DNA of 63,997 nucleotides, counting the filler, from Choristocarpus tenellus KU-1152 (taxonomy: Eukaryota > Protista > Phaeophyceae), in the NCBI GenBank assembly GCA_964200185.2. It is 10 parts of 10 records of this genome, joined end to end, with 100 filler letters (N's around TTAATTAATTAA, not from the genome) between each part and the next. Parts side by side here need not be neighbours in the genome. Positions count along the whole stretch, not along the records: positions 1 to 4,523 come from CAXNAD020014171.1; positions 4,624 to 9,019 come from CAXNAD020014740.1; positions 9,120 to 14,719 come from CAXNAD020010284.1; 7 more parts are not named here. One strand, written 5' to 3'. Shown piece by piece: positions 1 through 13,770 of the stretch (positions are counted from its first letter, which is position 1; the number at the start of each line of letters is the position of its first letter). A model generated the notes under the pieces. It was not told the DNA's origin. It saw only the letters and a list, made by a program, of their open reading frames with translations, and did not search any database. The translations under genes and the position numbers were made by a program.

Positions 1-3000
1 ACAAATATAGCAAATCTAGGGCTTCAAGGTCATAATGGTGTGTATGAAACCGCCATCAAGACATATTGCCTGTAACATGCCCCCCTAGCATGAAGCATAA
101 CTGCTTCAATGCGATATACAGGCGATTGGACAAGGAAATATAATATCACTCCTCACCCTACCATGAACGCAGCAGAATTGAAATGAATGTCACTTCCAGG
201 TCCTAGCATATCAATAGGCAGCGTTGGGAATCCCACGGAGGAGGAAACCTGGAGGAAAACGCCCTTCCAACATTTGCCCTGACAACAGATATGTTAGCGC
301 GACACTTGCACCTCATGACACTCAGTCTACACTTGACTCAACGTTCAAAAGAAAAAGTCCTACGCCAGAGTCTCATATACACGTCAAAAGTAGGGTACTG
401 TCTAAAAAGACTCCTCCTCTTCCAAGCTAAACAAACACAAATACAAACACAAAACCATAGCAGCACTGAACTTGGGTATTGCCGTAGACTCTCCCCCTTC
501 AGAACNNNNNNNNNNGGAAAGGCTTACCCTTGCTAGGAACTATGAACATATGCAAGAAAAATACAAACATCTTACAATAAAAAAATAAATCTGTCTGCAA
601 CTTTGACCTGAACAGTGGCCAACAGGAATCTCTCGGTTAATATTGAAGGGATCACAGTCCAGGGCCCTCTCAGACAGCACAAAAGCAAATCACATTCTGT
701 GCTAACCACCCTTTCAACAATCTTCAAAAACTTGTTGGAATGCAGGTAGAATTGAGGGCTAGTATGTGAAGGGAATGGAGGGGGCATCTGACAATAGTTA
801 CAAAATCCATCGTCTCACGTCCAGCGATAGTTACTAATATCTTCAGCAAAGAACAATGCTCCACTTCCAACTCTGAATTACTAAGTTTTATCACCATTCA
901 GATCAACCACGATGATGTACTTTCGCTAAAATTATACTATCCCATAGGACGAATCAGAGTGGGGAGTGATCACCATCGGGCTCTTCATGAAGGGTAGGTC
1001 CCGTTGGACATTTCAATGCCAGCATTCCGGCAAGCACAACTCTTGAGTGGGGAAATATTACGAGGCCTCCCGTATAGTTTTTAATATGGTCCTTACAAAT
1101 AACTGGTAAGTACAAGGACATATTGATATACACGTCTACAATGCGATTTCATCCCTCCATTTCTTGGCAATTTTTTTAGCGAGTTTAAACATCTACGCCC
1201 TTCCTAACAAAGCCTTCAAAAACATCGTTTCGATATTCGCAAGCAAACGGGACTAAAAGATATTTGTAGCTATCGCTGAACACAGAACGGTCATCTTCTG
1301 GAATTATCGTCAGACTCCCACCCCCTCCATTTCTATCCCTAATATTAACTTCTGTCTATAGTTGCAAAATAATCTACGAAACATAATAGAGGAGGGGGGT
1401 GGTTGTCCCAGATGGTCATTTGTAATTGTGATGTGTGGCAGGGCCCTGGTCTGTGATGAGTTCTTCATTATTGTTTTAAATCCCTGTTGACAACTGTAAA
1501 TGTGAAAGTCGCACACCCCAAACCTACATAACATGAAGGTTCAAGTCACTAATGCTGTGTGTCTGGTCGAGGTTGTGGATGTTTCGCGAGAAAGCATGAA
1601 GACTCGATGGGAGAAACGGCAGAATAAGTGTTGCATTGTTCGATTTTTTTATATATAGGTTGTAGTAAATTGCTGTAGGAAATATACACTCAGACATGTA
1701 TATGTGGAGGAACCCATGTCATGTAAGTCTGAAATATATGTCCCTATTGCATTATTGGCAGAGGTAGTAGTTGCACTTGCAAATGGTTCCCCCAGCACTC
1801 TCTAAATACTGAAGCGGAATATCCCCTGGAGAGAAGTCCTTACCCCGTGGGTCCATACGCACCTTGATGATATTGCTGACCTTTCCGTGTTGGGGTAGGA
1901 GGTCACAGAAGAGGTTCTGGTCGCCAGGAGGGCTGCCTACAAATTCGACCTCATTGTCGGTCGTAGTGGACATGATTGCAGTTGCAACAAGGAATGTAAA
2001 CAGAGGGTCAAAGGAAACCAGTCTCTGGCAACGAAGTTTGGTAGTAATGGGTTGTCCCTACCAAAGAGTAGTTGAGGGGGTATTTTTTTACCAAGTATAC
2101 GGATGATGTAGGAATTGATCGAAATCGAGCATGTTCTTCTCTATCATCATTATTTTTTATGAATGGTTCGTAAGTACTTTTTAATTACTTTATATAGCCA
2201 GTTCTGCCACAGATATATATCTTACATATATCGTTTGGGGGTGCTACATATTCAAATGTCTCAAAAAATAAAAAAATGTCTACGTGTGAGCGTATTTGAA
2301 TAGACCCAATTCTGCATCGTCAGGCTTATGAGGGACATCGCTTCAACAACATACACATCAGGACAAAGGGCAATTTACAGACTCGATAACACACATCACC
2401 AGCTCACCAAATGGTTTTAGCCATAATTTCAACTTCCTTGATCAAACATCCAACAACCCCAACCCGTCACACTCAATATACAAGTCCAACATAGGGATAT
2501 TTGTTCCAGGCGATAGGGTAACATATATGCAAAACATTTTGTATTGATGTATCACATTGCCGATCACAGCAATATATATATATATCCTATCTTAAACCCT
2601 CAGTCCATACATCTTGCTTCCACGGTAAAGGAGGGCCATCCCACCTACTCTGATTTGTTATGGTCGGGCCCTGGTATCCTGCCATAGGTTTGAAACATCT
2701 GGGAAGTAGAGGAGTTCTGTTTTGTACTCGTTTTTATATTACCCTACTAAAATACTAGAAGTATTCGTTTGCGAGGTGCCCATTTCTAGTTTTATTTTTC
2801 AGCTTCAGAGCCAAGTTTATCCCCACAGCACACGGTAGACAGAAGTCTGGTTTGGGGGTTTGGGGTTTGGGGGGGCCTCCATGATCGCGCGTCTAAAGAA
2901 GAACAAAATGACGAGGGGTGCGATTAAATAAATACTTCCAGGTGGATGATACAGTCCACAATCCGCAATAATACATTTTATTGCTACTAGTGATGAATGT

Positions 3001-4523
3001 TTAGTTTTGTTTAGAGCGATTTGATATTTGATTTCATGTACCCCACAGTTGGAGATCACCTATGAGGATAATTGCAATATCAGCTGGAGGTTACCGTTGT
3101 ATGCAACCACTGGATGTGAATGTAGAAGAGCTTGGTGGTCCCCTCAGATTCTGGAAGGTGAAGAGGGGGCAGGTTTTGAAGAGATGAAAAGTTGTGGCAC
3201 GGAAGTGATTGCCTGCAAAGCCAACTTCAGTTGTATGTGAACGCCCATTCTCCTCTACTGGCAAAACAGTCAACACCAAGCAGCACAAATATCTCGCTTG
3301 GGGTGTAGTTGATGATACTATTGTGCTGTGCTCTTAGGGGATGACTTTGATACCCAGTTGTGGAAGGTGTAGCAGGTAGTGGTGATGGTGGAGAAAATAC
3401 ATAACCTTGTTGTGTAGTGTTTTGGCACCTCTGATTGGAGGTCCTCTATCTACATGAGTATAAGGGAGAGTGGTACATGTGTTTTCTCTTTGTTACCTTC
3501 TGTTCACATTGTTTTTGTCGTTGTAGGGACTATATGTTACAGGCGCCCCTCAATGCTCACCTTTCCAGGATGTACAAGTCAAATCCAATTGATTATCGAA
3601 CGTCAGCTCAGCAGAACAGGGGTACTCTCAATTGAATCAATCAGGATAAAGTGTATATAAAGTTTGGCATCAAAATAGAGAGTGCGAGCTATGTGGGTCT
3701 TGTTAGACCAGAAGAACTGATCTGGTCTGAGCCGTTTTTAGGATTTCTAATCATCATTTTCCGTTGGGGGATTGTTCGGGTTTGCAAATACTTGTAGGTA
3801 TCTGAGAACCCTTTCCGATCATCCATCCATGACCTTCTGAAACTACCCGAGTTGCAGTTTATTCTGCAACTTTTAGGCAAATCGGAGTTCCCCCTTTTGG
3901 GATTCCCCTCGCACATATACTGCTCGTGCTGGTTAAAGCGCGGGAAGAAATACTCGCGCTATTCGCCTGTGACATATACTGATTATCGGTCAATGTGGTG
4001 AACGACACAAGTTGAGTGTATATATCGAATGAAAACCGAACTATAACAAAAATGATACATCATTATACTTGATTCACCTTTTGCAGTCCATGTTAAGTGA
4101 TGATGGAGATTATTCATTCCACGATTGCATGAAGAACATATGATGTCTTGTGGCGAATGGACACAAAATGGGCGAAATTCTGTCATTTTGTCATCTTTAC
4201 TTCCAATATCAAACCAACACAAAAGTTAGAGTTTAAGAAATAATGTGAGTTTTGTGGGCGGAAGAATTCTGGTTGGCTGAGGGCACAGGACAAATGGGGG
4301 CAGGGGAAAGAAAAAGAAGGAAGCAGGAAGAGAACGAATAGTTAAGGAAGGGAAGAGAAGGTTAACGGACATGAGTGGTAGAAAAGGGGAAAAACAGCAT
4401 CAGTGATTGATAAAAGGGAAGAGAACCAGGGGTACAGGACGAGGAGGGGAGACCAAGGCAACCTCCGAGCAAGCTCTCCCGCCCACCCACCCTGTCGCTT
4501 GCTCACGAACAACGGGAACACTG

Positions 4524-4623
4524 NNNNNNNNNNNNNNNNNNNNNNNNNNNNNNNNNNNNNNNNNNNNTTAATTAATTAANNNNNNNNNNNNNNNNNNNNN
4601 NNNNNNNNNNNNNNNNNNNNNNN
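4524..4623. other. Artificial contig-join linker (first of nine)
   Basis: Exactly 100 nt: N-run + TTAATTAATTAA (stops in all six frames) + N-run. Identical linkers at 9020-9119, 14720-14819, 21118-21217, 25380-25479, 29319-29418, 33842-33941, 56357-56456, 61378-61477. A separate 10-N scaffold gap is at 506-515. Confidence 0.98.
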
Positions 4624-4667
4624 GTCCCCAATTGAACGTGGCTCTACCCTCTAAGATACTTTGGCTC
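4624..4667 (+). mobile_element. MITE family A, right end (truncated by contig start)
   Basis: Ends in GGCTCTACCCTCTAAGATACTTTGGCTC, matching the right TIR of the complete copy at 28119-28376. Confidence 0.8.
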
Positions 4668-5690
4668 TTTTGTTTCCTCTCACAGGACTGAATGGATCCC
4701 CCCCCCAATAATCTAGGAGATCTCATTCTGGCTTTCAATTTGTCACTTTGAATTGAAAATTGTGTGTTTAGTCCGGTGTACTTGAAGTGGACATCAAGCT
4801 TGTTTGCTACTTCTAACTACTAATAATCTATGCAATAAGAGTGGTGGCATTATAGGTCCCTGAGTTTCAACAAAAGCACTAGTAGTAGTACCATACATCA
4901 TCATTTATCATTCAGAATGACTTGTTAGTGCAAGTTGTCAGAAGAAGAGTAGTCTACTTTGCAAGCTGGAATACCACCACTGAAACTGTATGATAATAAC
5001 ACCACTGGACCTTGCCGCATCCATCTGGTCATTGTTGGAAATGGGACAACCACCCCATCCAATGTTGTTGCTCTGAATGCATCCAAACCATACTCAATTG
5101 GTTGGCCACTTGACCAAGCAAGACTTCTACATTTTGTATATATTCTACTTTAACCCATCTTTGGTTGGCCATAACTGCCACCTTGAAGCTGTTTGCTATC
5201 ATTGACCAGCATTATGATGTAAAAATCCTAACTTGGTGGCAGCCTCACCATATGTCTAGATGAAAGTTCAGGACATGCTTGCCTCACAACAGAGTCCTCT
5301 CATAACAGAGTTGTCCACCCATTGCAACTGAGAGAATCCTACACTGTACAGCACGCATACATGCAAACACTACATACACAATCACAAAACACACATAGCT
5401 ACAAAACAAAGACTACATGCTTTTACTCTCTTATCCACACTCACACGCGAAAATTACCACACACACAAAAACTGTACATGTGTGCACATGTACAGAGGCA
5501 GCACCATCCTCGTGTGCATCTCCAATAGCTTTGGGCAACTACTTACTGTGCTTCAAGTCCACCGCCTGCCTTGCTTTCTGTGTCAAGCAAATGCATGCAA
5601 TACATGCTGGTCTGGTTAAACCAGACCTAGCATTGATACTTCCACTGCAACTCTTACCCCCTGGAATTTGTGCAGGGTTGGTGTGTAAGT

Positions 5691-8600
5691 TCAGTTGGTG
5701 GGTACTATGCCCACCCCCCCAAACATTGCCTGCTGAGAAATATCAATTGCCTTTGACAGTGGCCACTCCACTCTGTACTCGAGAGGGATCTCCACCTCCT
5801 CTGAAGGCAAGACATTCACCACCCATGCCTGTCAAGGTATCATTGTACAATGAAGGTATTGGGAACATGGATAAGAGGGTAGGCATAGGGGAACAAATGG
5901 TATTTGCGGAGTTATGGATGCAAGCGGAAAGCTTTACCAATACTTGGGCATTGACAGGACAACACAGCAGGGTACATCTAACTAGGATGTTGTCAGAAAA
6001 TGTGAGGCAGTGATCTGTTGACCCCTTTAGTGGTCAGACAAATGCAAGGAAAAGGAGATGTAGTGCCAGATCACCTCATCTTTCCTCATTTGCATGAAAT
6101 TTCTAAGAAAATATAAGACATCTCTACAACGTTGTTTTTCCAACTAATCCCTTCATGAGCACTCTCTGTCCTCCAGCAAAGGCTCATCTATAAACACTGT
6201 AACATAAAAGTTAGCAGGTGCATTTCAGATACAATTTTAGGACACCGTTCCATCTTGATACCCAAGAGTAGCACAAACTGATATCAGGTAGGCCAAGAAA
6301 AGCCAGTGCCAAGTATAACCAAAACAAAAGTGCTGTATGCTGTACTTCATTTCACATGAGGGTAAGGGAGGGGGGTGGAGGAATGGGGAGAGACAATGAC
6401 TAGCAAGCATAAAACCCAAACAGTTACAGCCAAAGGCTGAAGCATTGATGGGACAGGTATAGAGTGGCATACAGGACACATGTAACACACACACCAAGTG
6501 ATTCATTGGTGTCTGCATTATTGATGTCACCCCTTTCTTCTGCTCTGGAGAGATGGTACCACCATTGTCACTACCATCCTTCGAAATTGCCTCCTCCAGC
6601 GCCTTGGACACCATGTTCTCTACGGCCATGGCCGGTATAGACACCACCTTACTCGGAGGTGGCTCTATCAGAGTGACCTATCAAAGTGGGCATTCATATC
6701 AAGAGAAGAGGGAAAATTGGGTGGAACTTGAGAGAGATGAGGTGGGAAATTTGAGCGGATGAACTCAGACTAATCTTGAGTGCTCCTGGGGTAGCTCCAG
6801 AGCAATACTTCATATTTCCGGGTACACACTGAAGCACCTGTGGGTGTGTTGTGGTGCCACCTACAACACATAAAATAACCTACAAAAACAAACTCCAACA
6901 GTGACACCTTGGCATAAATCTGTAAGAGCATCTTATCGGACTAGCCTGGCTACCCACAAATTGACATTGCTGTTACCTCATAAATAGACAACAAGTCAAC
7001 ACCTACAAACTGATTGACTACTCTCTGCATATCTCTCTACAGATGTGGAAGAGCCAGTTGTTTGCCAAAACAGTAGTCATTGGAGCAACACAACTGTCAG
7101 CTGAGCATGTGCCCACCTTGATGGCAGACTCTGTTGATAGAGGAAAGGATTCCACAACAGCTGCCAGAATGGGCACCTGATTCTTGTTGACTATGGTCGT
7201 GCTGCAGATCAAGGCCATCGGGTAGGGTACAGAATGACAGGAAGGCTAAGGAAAGAAAATAAAAAGTGAAACTTGACGTAGGAAAATTCCATATTCCCCA
7301 GAAAAAAAAAACTCAGGCAGATGGTATTGGCTGCAGGGATCCCACAGAGGGGCAAGGGCCCTCCCTGCCTGGGGACCACACTATTCATCCTCACATGTGA
7401 CTAAAGTTCTCTTTACAGGGGGAAATCGACATTGTAACCAATAGCCTCAAAAATCAAAGCAGAAGAGTGTGTTGATATGATCTACTGGTGAAACCTTTCT
7501 GCAAGACAGACACATGGGGAAAGAGTCATGGCAAAGCTTTGAGGACAACAAATCATAGCGCAGTCAATGCATTTCATTACCTTTTACGAGGATCCACTCC
7601 AGGACACTTTGACCAACAACAGCACAAAACAACAAAAGTAAAAACAAACACGGCACAAAATCAACCAATATACCACCCTCTCCAGGAGTAGACTTCACAA
7701 CACTCTCCACTCTCATCGTCTCCCGCAATCACTCGGCCGGATGCATTGTCTCAGACACCCTGCCTGGGACAGATGAATAAATATAACAGGGTGTTTTGAA
7801 TGCCGTACTCCTTGACGCATCACGGCACATACAGAACAAATTCGATGGAAAAATTAATCGCTGCTTCCACAACGATCACAATACTCCTGCAGCACCATTA
7901 CAACTCCACATCAGGAAAACAGCAACAAGATGGTGCCAATCCCACTCCCTGGCCCACCCAAGGTGTTGACCTATTTATTAGCAGGTTGCTTTCTAACCTG
8001 TATGTGAAGCTTGTCGAATTGTTCTTGGCGAAAAGGCCGCCCTCCTTGCTGGCACAGCGTGAAGGGGCGCGTGTGACCTACATCGCCCAGCATGGGGAGG
8101 GGGCATATCAGTCAGTCATGACTGCTTCCCGGTTGATCTGTAGTTGACCATATAGCAAGAAGCACTCCATGATCCCACATAAATCAGACCCTATCGTCTT
8201 CTGCTGGCCCTCTCGCAGTGTCCATTCCAAGCAGTACAATGGCAACCCATTCGATCCCATCACTGTGTTACCTCAGGTGCATAAAATTATTTGCCCAAAC
8301 TAGAGGGCTACTGTTATATTCTCAACTTTCCACATCACAACTGTGCCCTTAGGTGCAGTCTAAAAACAGGGATCGAAAACCTTGCAATCAAGGCAATTGC
8401 GAAATGCAAAAATAGACACATCCTAGGCTTTAAAAAAAGAAAAAGAAAAAAAGAGGTAAACATTCCCATCTCGAGTAAGAAGCAACCAAGACAACTATAT
8501 TTGATAGGAAAAAATAGGAGCACTCAGCCAAACATCCACTTCTGCAAGGAAAAAAACAGAAACACTTCTCCATAAAAACTCCAACCTAGTGGTTCGGTTG

Positions 8601-8879
8601 CAAGAAAAAATTCCCCTTCAAGAATCCACAGAGCAAAGGCCAGCGGGTGGCAGTGGGTGGTATCAATGCAAACATCACGAAAAATATATCAGCAGTCTGC
8701 ATGCCCTTTCCTGACCCCATCACACTGGTCACCTTCACTGCTGTGTCTACCCCAAGACAGATTTGGAATGACTCTCCCGGGGCCACTGATGGGAGGCATG
8801 TCTTGGCAACAAAGCTGTTGTCAAAGAATATCGAGACGTCATTACTCCCCAGCAGTTGGTAGTTGCTGGTGTTTGTTGT
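5691..8879 (-). CDS. DUF4139 (MuiA/F37C4.5-like) family protein, 3' part, 5 exons, 5' end missing
   Basis: GT-AG exons with matching phases: 8879-8733, 8077-7998, 7201-7117, 6677-6495, 5828-5691 (TGA); 210 aa. Peptide TTNTSNYQLLGSNDVSIFFDNSFVAKTCLPSVAPGESFQICLGVDTAVKVTRAPSRCASKEGGLFAKNNSTSFTYSTTIVNKN...FPLSTESAIKVTLIEP...NHLAWVVNVLPSEEVEIPLEYRVEWP fits the DUF4139 C-terminal pattern (LGVD, IKV, W...YxVEWP). Confidence 0.85.
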
Positions 8880-9119
8880 CTGCCAAACAACAACGATTGA
8901 GTCATCACAGAGAAAATATTGGTTAGAACTCCTGTGATATTTGACATTGGTGCAGCAAGACAGTGATGTTTGAAGCAGACACATCAACGATTCTAGAAGT
9001 CATTTTGGGGGGGAGGGGGNNNNNNNNNNNNNNNNNNNNNNNNNNNNNNNNNNNNNNNNNNNNTTAATTAATTAANNNNNNNNNNNNNNNNNNNNNNNNN
9101 NNNNNNNNNNNNNNNNNNN

Positions 9120-9184
<65 letters not shown>

Positions 9185-9193
9185 TGTGTGTGT
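9120..9193. repeat. (GT)n microsatellite
   Basis: Near-perfect GT run at contig start. Confidence 0.95.
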
Positions 9194-11989
9194 GGTGCAA
9201 ATTGGAGTGGCTCTCGAAATCATCAAAACTATTGGTGCTATGATCAATGCAACACAGTAGGGCCGATGAAACTCTCTCTTCACATCGATATATATATACA
9301 TTGAATTAGGGCGGAGGATTACTCAAGTCAGGCAAAACGGTGGATTCATTTTTTTCTTCCTTGTGTTTTCCTCGAGTTTTTTTGGCCTCTCAAGAGTCAT
9401 CCATCACGACATCCATCGTATTTTCGACTTCTGGGAGAAATGCATTGAGCACAAATTTGAATCTTTCTTGTCCGATGGCAGTTGTTTATTTTTTTGAAAA
9501 AAAAAAGAGTACGAAAAATAAAAAAAAAGAAGAAAAACTGGCAATTTCTATTGCTCCTCTGGTCATCATCTGTCATCATCTGAATGTCATTTCATTCTTC
9601 TTTTTTAATGGGAATGTAATCCCACGATCACTGCCTTGAGACATGGTCTTGGAAAGATAAATGACTAATTATAAGATGCCATCATTTCCCGATCTCCCTG
9701 GAAATATCCAGTTGTCAAGAAAGAGACGCTCATAGAGTTGACCTTCCACAATGGCTCTGAAGGACTCTGTAGTAGTGAGTTGTAGCTGCTCATTTGATGC
9801 TGTGGAGGTTATGCTGTGGGCTCTGTGTTGTGGGATATTATCTCAGAATCTGTGTATAGTTATGAGGTCAATGCAGTGCAGTTTTTGTCAATAGTATGTC
9901 ATCTAAATATCAATTCATTTGTTCTTCTGGAGGTAGGTAGGTGACGTCATACACACTGGCAGTAGTAGTGTTGATACAGAGCTCAGACCGTTTCTGATTG
10001 GCATAACATCATTTTGTTTCTGTAACTCTCACACTTGTATGTACTCAACTGTTGTATCCCCAGGGAGAGAGTTTGAAGTAGCAGCCCCAAGCATTAGGTC
10101 CTCCAGTTTACAGATACAGCACACAAGGCGTCGAAGCAATACATTCAACTAAGGAGGTACATGGGGTGAAGGGAGTGAAAAAGGTCAGCAGACACAGGGC
10201 TGTGAAAGATGGAAGAGGCGGGGGGCTGAGGAGGGAGGAGGAAATGGTGTGTATTACAGGAAAAGATTGCGTTTTGGATGTTTTAGTGCGTGGGGGAGTT
10301 AAGGAAAACTTGATGAAGCAACTAGCCAATCAGGCTGTCCCACACGGCAAGCAGTGTGTATGGTGCTTCTCATGATAGATGGCGTTTTACTTTGTAACTG
10401 TGGCTAGCTATGTGTTCGTTTGAAGAATTTTTTGGGGTTTTTTGGTATCCCCATTCATTTTTCGTGATGTGAAGAATTTTTATCTATCATGAGCCGGTAA
10501 GTGGCTGGTTGGGTAGGGGAAGGGGGTGCGCAGTGCATCCTGTGTATCGTGTTCTTTGTTTTGGGTGGGTAAGGAAGGGATTGGGGAGTTGTTATAAGTG
10601 ATACAAGTTTTGTGAGCTTTGACCAGCTACTGATGTTGGGTATGGGGCATGTTACAACAACAGGGCTTTTTGTTCAAGGGCGGGCTGTGGAGTTCCATAT
10701 GTGAATCAGGTTGAAAGGTTCTTTTTCAAGGACTTGTGTATGTGCACTTATGGCTGATAATATTCTTGTGTGTGTGTGTTTTGTGTGTTGCTGAGTCTCT
10801 TTGTTTTTGAGAGCCGTCCTACGTGCATGCATGTGGTCAGATCGAGACTGTATACATACATATATATATATGTATTTGCTGTGGAGCGAGAAGCAGACAG
10901 CTTAGTGGTGTTCCTTGTGGTGCATTCATGTGTGCATTGAAGCATTCCCCAGGCTGATGTATGCCATTTTGTGCAGTTACAGTTCCCAAACCAAATCGAA
11001 TGATAGAAAGATGAAGAGATGAGAGTGCAGAGGTACTGAGGAAATAAGGTTGGTGACCACTTGTTGTAGGATATATTGTTGGTATGAGGGTTTGGTGTGG
11101 GATGTGTATTTTCGAAATATGGTGTGTGGGGTCACAATATTTTTCATATATTTTTTTGTCAAGGCTTTGAAGGGCGCTGAAGGCAAGGGTGTACATTATG
11201 TTACTTACTTTGTAGTAAAATATAGTAGATTGATTTGCTTGGTCTGTTCACTAATATGAGTACACCAAGAAGGCATTAATTCACTGGTGGCGTTAATTCA
11301 CTGGTCACATAAAGCAACAAGAGGGCAAAGGGTAGTATTGTGTGTGACTGTGGTAGTTAAGTCCTGTTACGGTAGTTATTGGGGTCCAACGTTTTTGGTC
11401 AGTGAGTGAGCTGGGAATCTGTGCGTGTGGGGAGTGCATATGTTGATTTAGTATCTTGAGGTGTGGTTTTGATAAGTAGCTACAACAGCAACTCATAGTT
11501 TTTGGCTGCATGAGTAGGAGCTGAAGCAGCATTTTCTGTATTGCCATCTCCCTGGTTAAATTGTGGTTTATTTATACATTGCAAGAGGGGCAACACTTTC
11601 TACTCTTCTACTCTGAAGTATTCAGTGTGGCGGCAAGTACGGTGTGTAGACTGTTCCTACTTGATTGTACTGTGTTTCATTCAGTCTAACGTTTTTGTAC
11701 CTGAGTTAATTCACTCTTTGTTGATTGGAATAGTTGTGCTTGGGGTGGAGGTGGAAGTCGATTTTTCACTCTTCTTTGAAATATAATATACACAATGACA
11801 AAAACCATGGACCTTGCCTACACATTTTATGGTTGAGGCAACACATCGAGACTATTGAAGCGCAGCTTTTTTGCTTTATTAGTGTTACTTGAACTTTCGA
11901 CCAGCAGACGCCTTCCTTTCTTTCCCCCATCCCATGGGTGGGAGTGTAATCTCTTTCACACTCTGCCAAGTCTTTTGAGGTTGGTTGGA

Positions 11990-12450
11990 GGGATAATCAA
12001 GTCCTTAACAATTCCGCTCTCAATGGCCACTCACTCCTGACAACTCCAGCTGAGAAACTTTTCCGGGCAAGAGCAGGACTACACCCTGGATGCCTACTCA
12101 GTGGGCGTCTCAACCCTCATTGAATGGGTAGTGCAAATCTGCACTGAAATTGCTTGCCAGTCACCACACTACTCTATTTTCTCCTCCTGTTCCCCCTCTA
12201 CCTACAACCAGGCGATACCCATCTCCAATCTTTCTGCCTTCTTCCCACACCCCCAAGCAATTCACCACCCACTACCTCAAAACGCCTCATTTCCTCCACA
12301 CCACTCAACAAAAAACAAATTGCCAATTGATATCCACATCCACTTGGTGCATTAAATTTTCAGTAGTATAAAATCCTCCACACCCCACATTTTCACCTCC
12401 CCCATACACGATACCAACCTTGTTTGACCACCGGGGCAAATCCCTCCCTT
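11990..12450 (+). pseudogene. Possible highly decayed non-LTR (LINE) reverse transcriptase fragment
   Basis: + strand peptide TTPAEKLFRARAGLHPGCLLSG resembles the RT motif RGLRQGCPLSP; flanks have stops and frameshifts and no YxDD was found. Confidence 0.25.
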
Positions 12451-13214
12451 GCCAACTGAAATATTGCCAACTTTTCAGCAACTTACACCTTCCTTTCATT
12501 ACCCAATCTGGCTGATAATTGTGCAGCAGCGTTCCACAAGAAATACACCTTACACACAGGGTGGCATATCACCCACAAAGGGTTTTCCTCCTCCTTCCCC
12601 AAAAATTCCATCCATGCCTTCAATGCTACATGACCCAAGTAGCATTTGACTCTGGATTGGCGGAATAGGTGGAAGGGTACATCCTTCTTGTGCAGATGGC
12701 GTGCAAATTGTGATGTTAAATGAGGAAGAGGGGGTCAAGACCTCCTGGAAAGGATGGATGAAAGTCAGTTGGTACATTTAGACAAGGTTTTTCGCGTTAT
12801 ACAGTTCATTTTTTTTAGGGTGTTTGAACAGAAATGGGGGTATGGGGGTTGCACTGGAGTTTGGCGAAGAGGAAACAAACGTCCTGTCTTCGGATGTAGC
12901 ATGCACCTACTCAGCCCTAATCGGACACTGTTGATGTGGGTGCACTTGGTTGAAGGTAGGCACCACAAATCTTCACAAGCAGCACTGTTTGAATCACTTT
13001 CTTGAATTGGGTTACTATATTAATATTAATAGTAGTAGCATGTACCCAGTACACCAACCCCAAAAGAAATAAACTCTCTGGTTAGAAGAAGGCGTACCAA
13101 CCGATCTTTCCTAATTCAATGTATATATATATATATATATATAGCATTCTTACATTCCCCGATGTTTTCACTATCATTAGTACAATGATCATGTTCTGTC
13201 CTCCCATTTTAGAC

Positions 13215-13770
13215 AGATTTGATGCTAACCCTAACACCATATTCTACACACTCTTTTCACGCCAGCAAGAAATTTCCGGCGAAATGACCTCTTCTACAAG
13301 GAAACACCGAGAAGGTTTTGGAAACACAACGAAGAAACAGTCTCACAAATTCTCACAAAGGGGACCACAGAGGAAGGGGTACTGATATGAAGGGCATTAT
13401 TGGTTTTTGTGTACTAATTTCCACCACAAAAATAGTGATAGACTCTTCCGCCGTGCTCCAAATCCACGTGGCACAACACAAATAAGGCCCTTGAAAGCCA
13501 CCATCTCATCCCCCTCTCCCTACAACCTAACAAAAAAAAATCCTCCGAGAAGATGAGCTTCTCAAAATATACTCTAGAGTATGCAACACGTTCTCTATAT
13601 AATACACACACCAAAACCACTTCAGTCATTCTCCAGACTAGTGCATCTCTCATCTTTCGAGATCGAGAACCACAGTACTACGCTATTAACAGACAGTACC
13701 GAGAACATTTCATTGAAACGTTTCACTTAATGTACGCCTCCCAGGCCATTAGTAGTCAATGTTGAGAGAG
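13215..13770 (+). pseudogene. Decayed KDZ-type (Kyakuja-Dileera-Zisupton) transposase relic, tentative
   Basis: Across frameshifts, in order: HKFSQRG..KGIIG/FLCTNFHHK/IVIDS, then LYNTHTKTTSVIL...REPQYY...HFIETFHL...C. This follows the KDZ core order (GG.F..C.H, LYT...P.VI, REP.FF, ID.FH..H..C). Confidence 0.4.

Noticed and set aside
5417-6013. 198-aa plus-strand ORF
   Set aside because: Antisense to the last DUF4139 exon and its flanks; no recognisable domain.
9068-9304. THTH/CVCV repeat ORFs (also 29626-29972 and 33673-33897) and ORFs containing X runs
   Set aside because: Translations of (GT)n microsatellites or of N linkers.
10748-10945. GIY-YIG-like peptide VYSLDLTTCMHVGR (Penelope-like element)
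   Set aside because: Partly produced by an (AT)n run, lacks downstream conserved residues, and no co-oriented RT was found.
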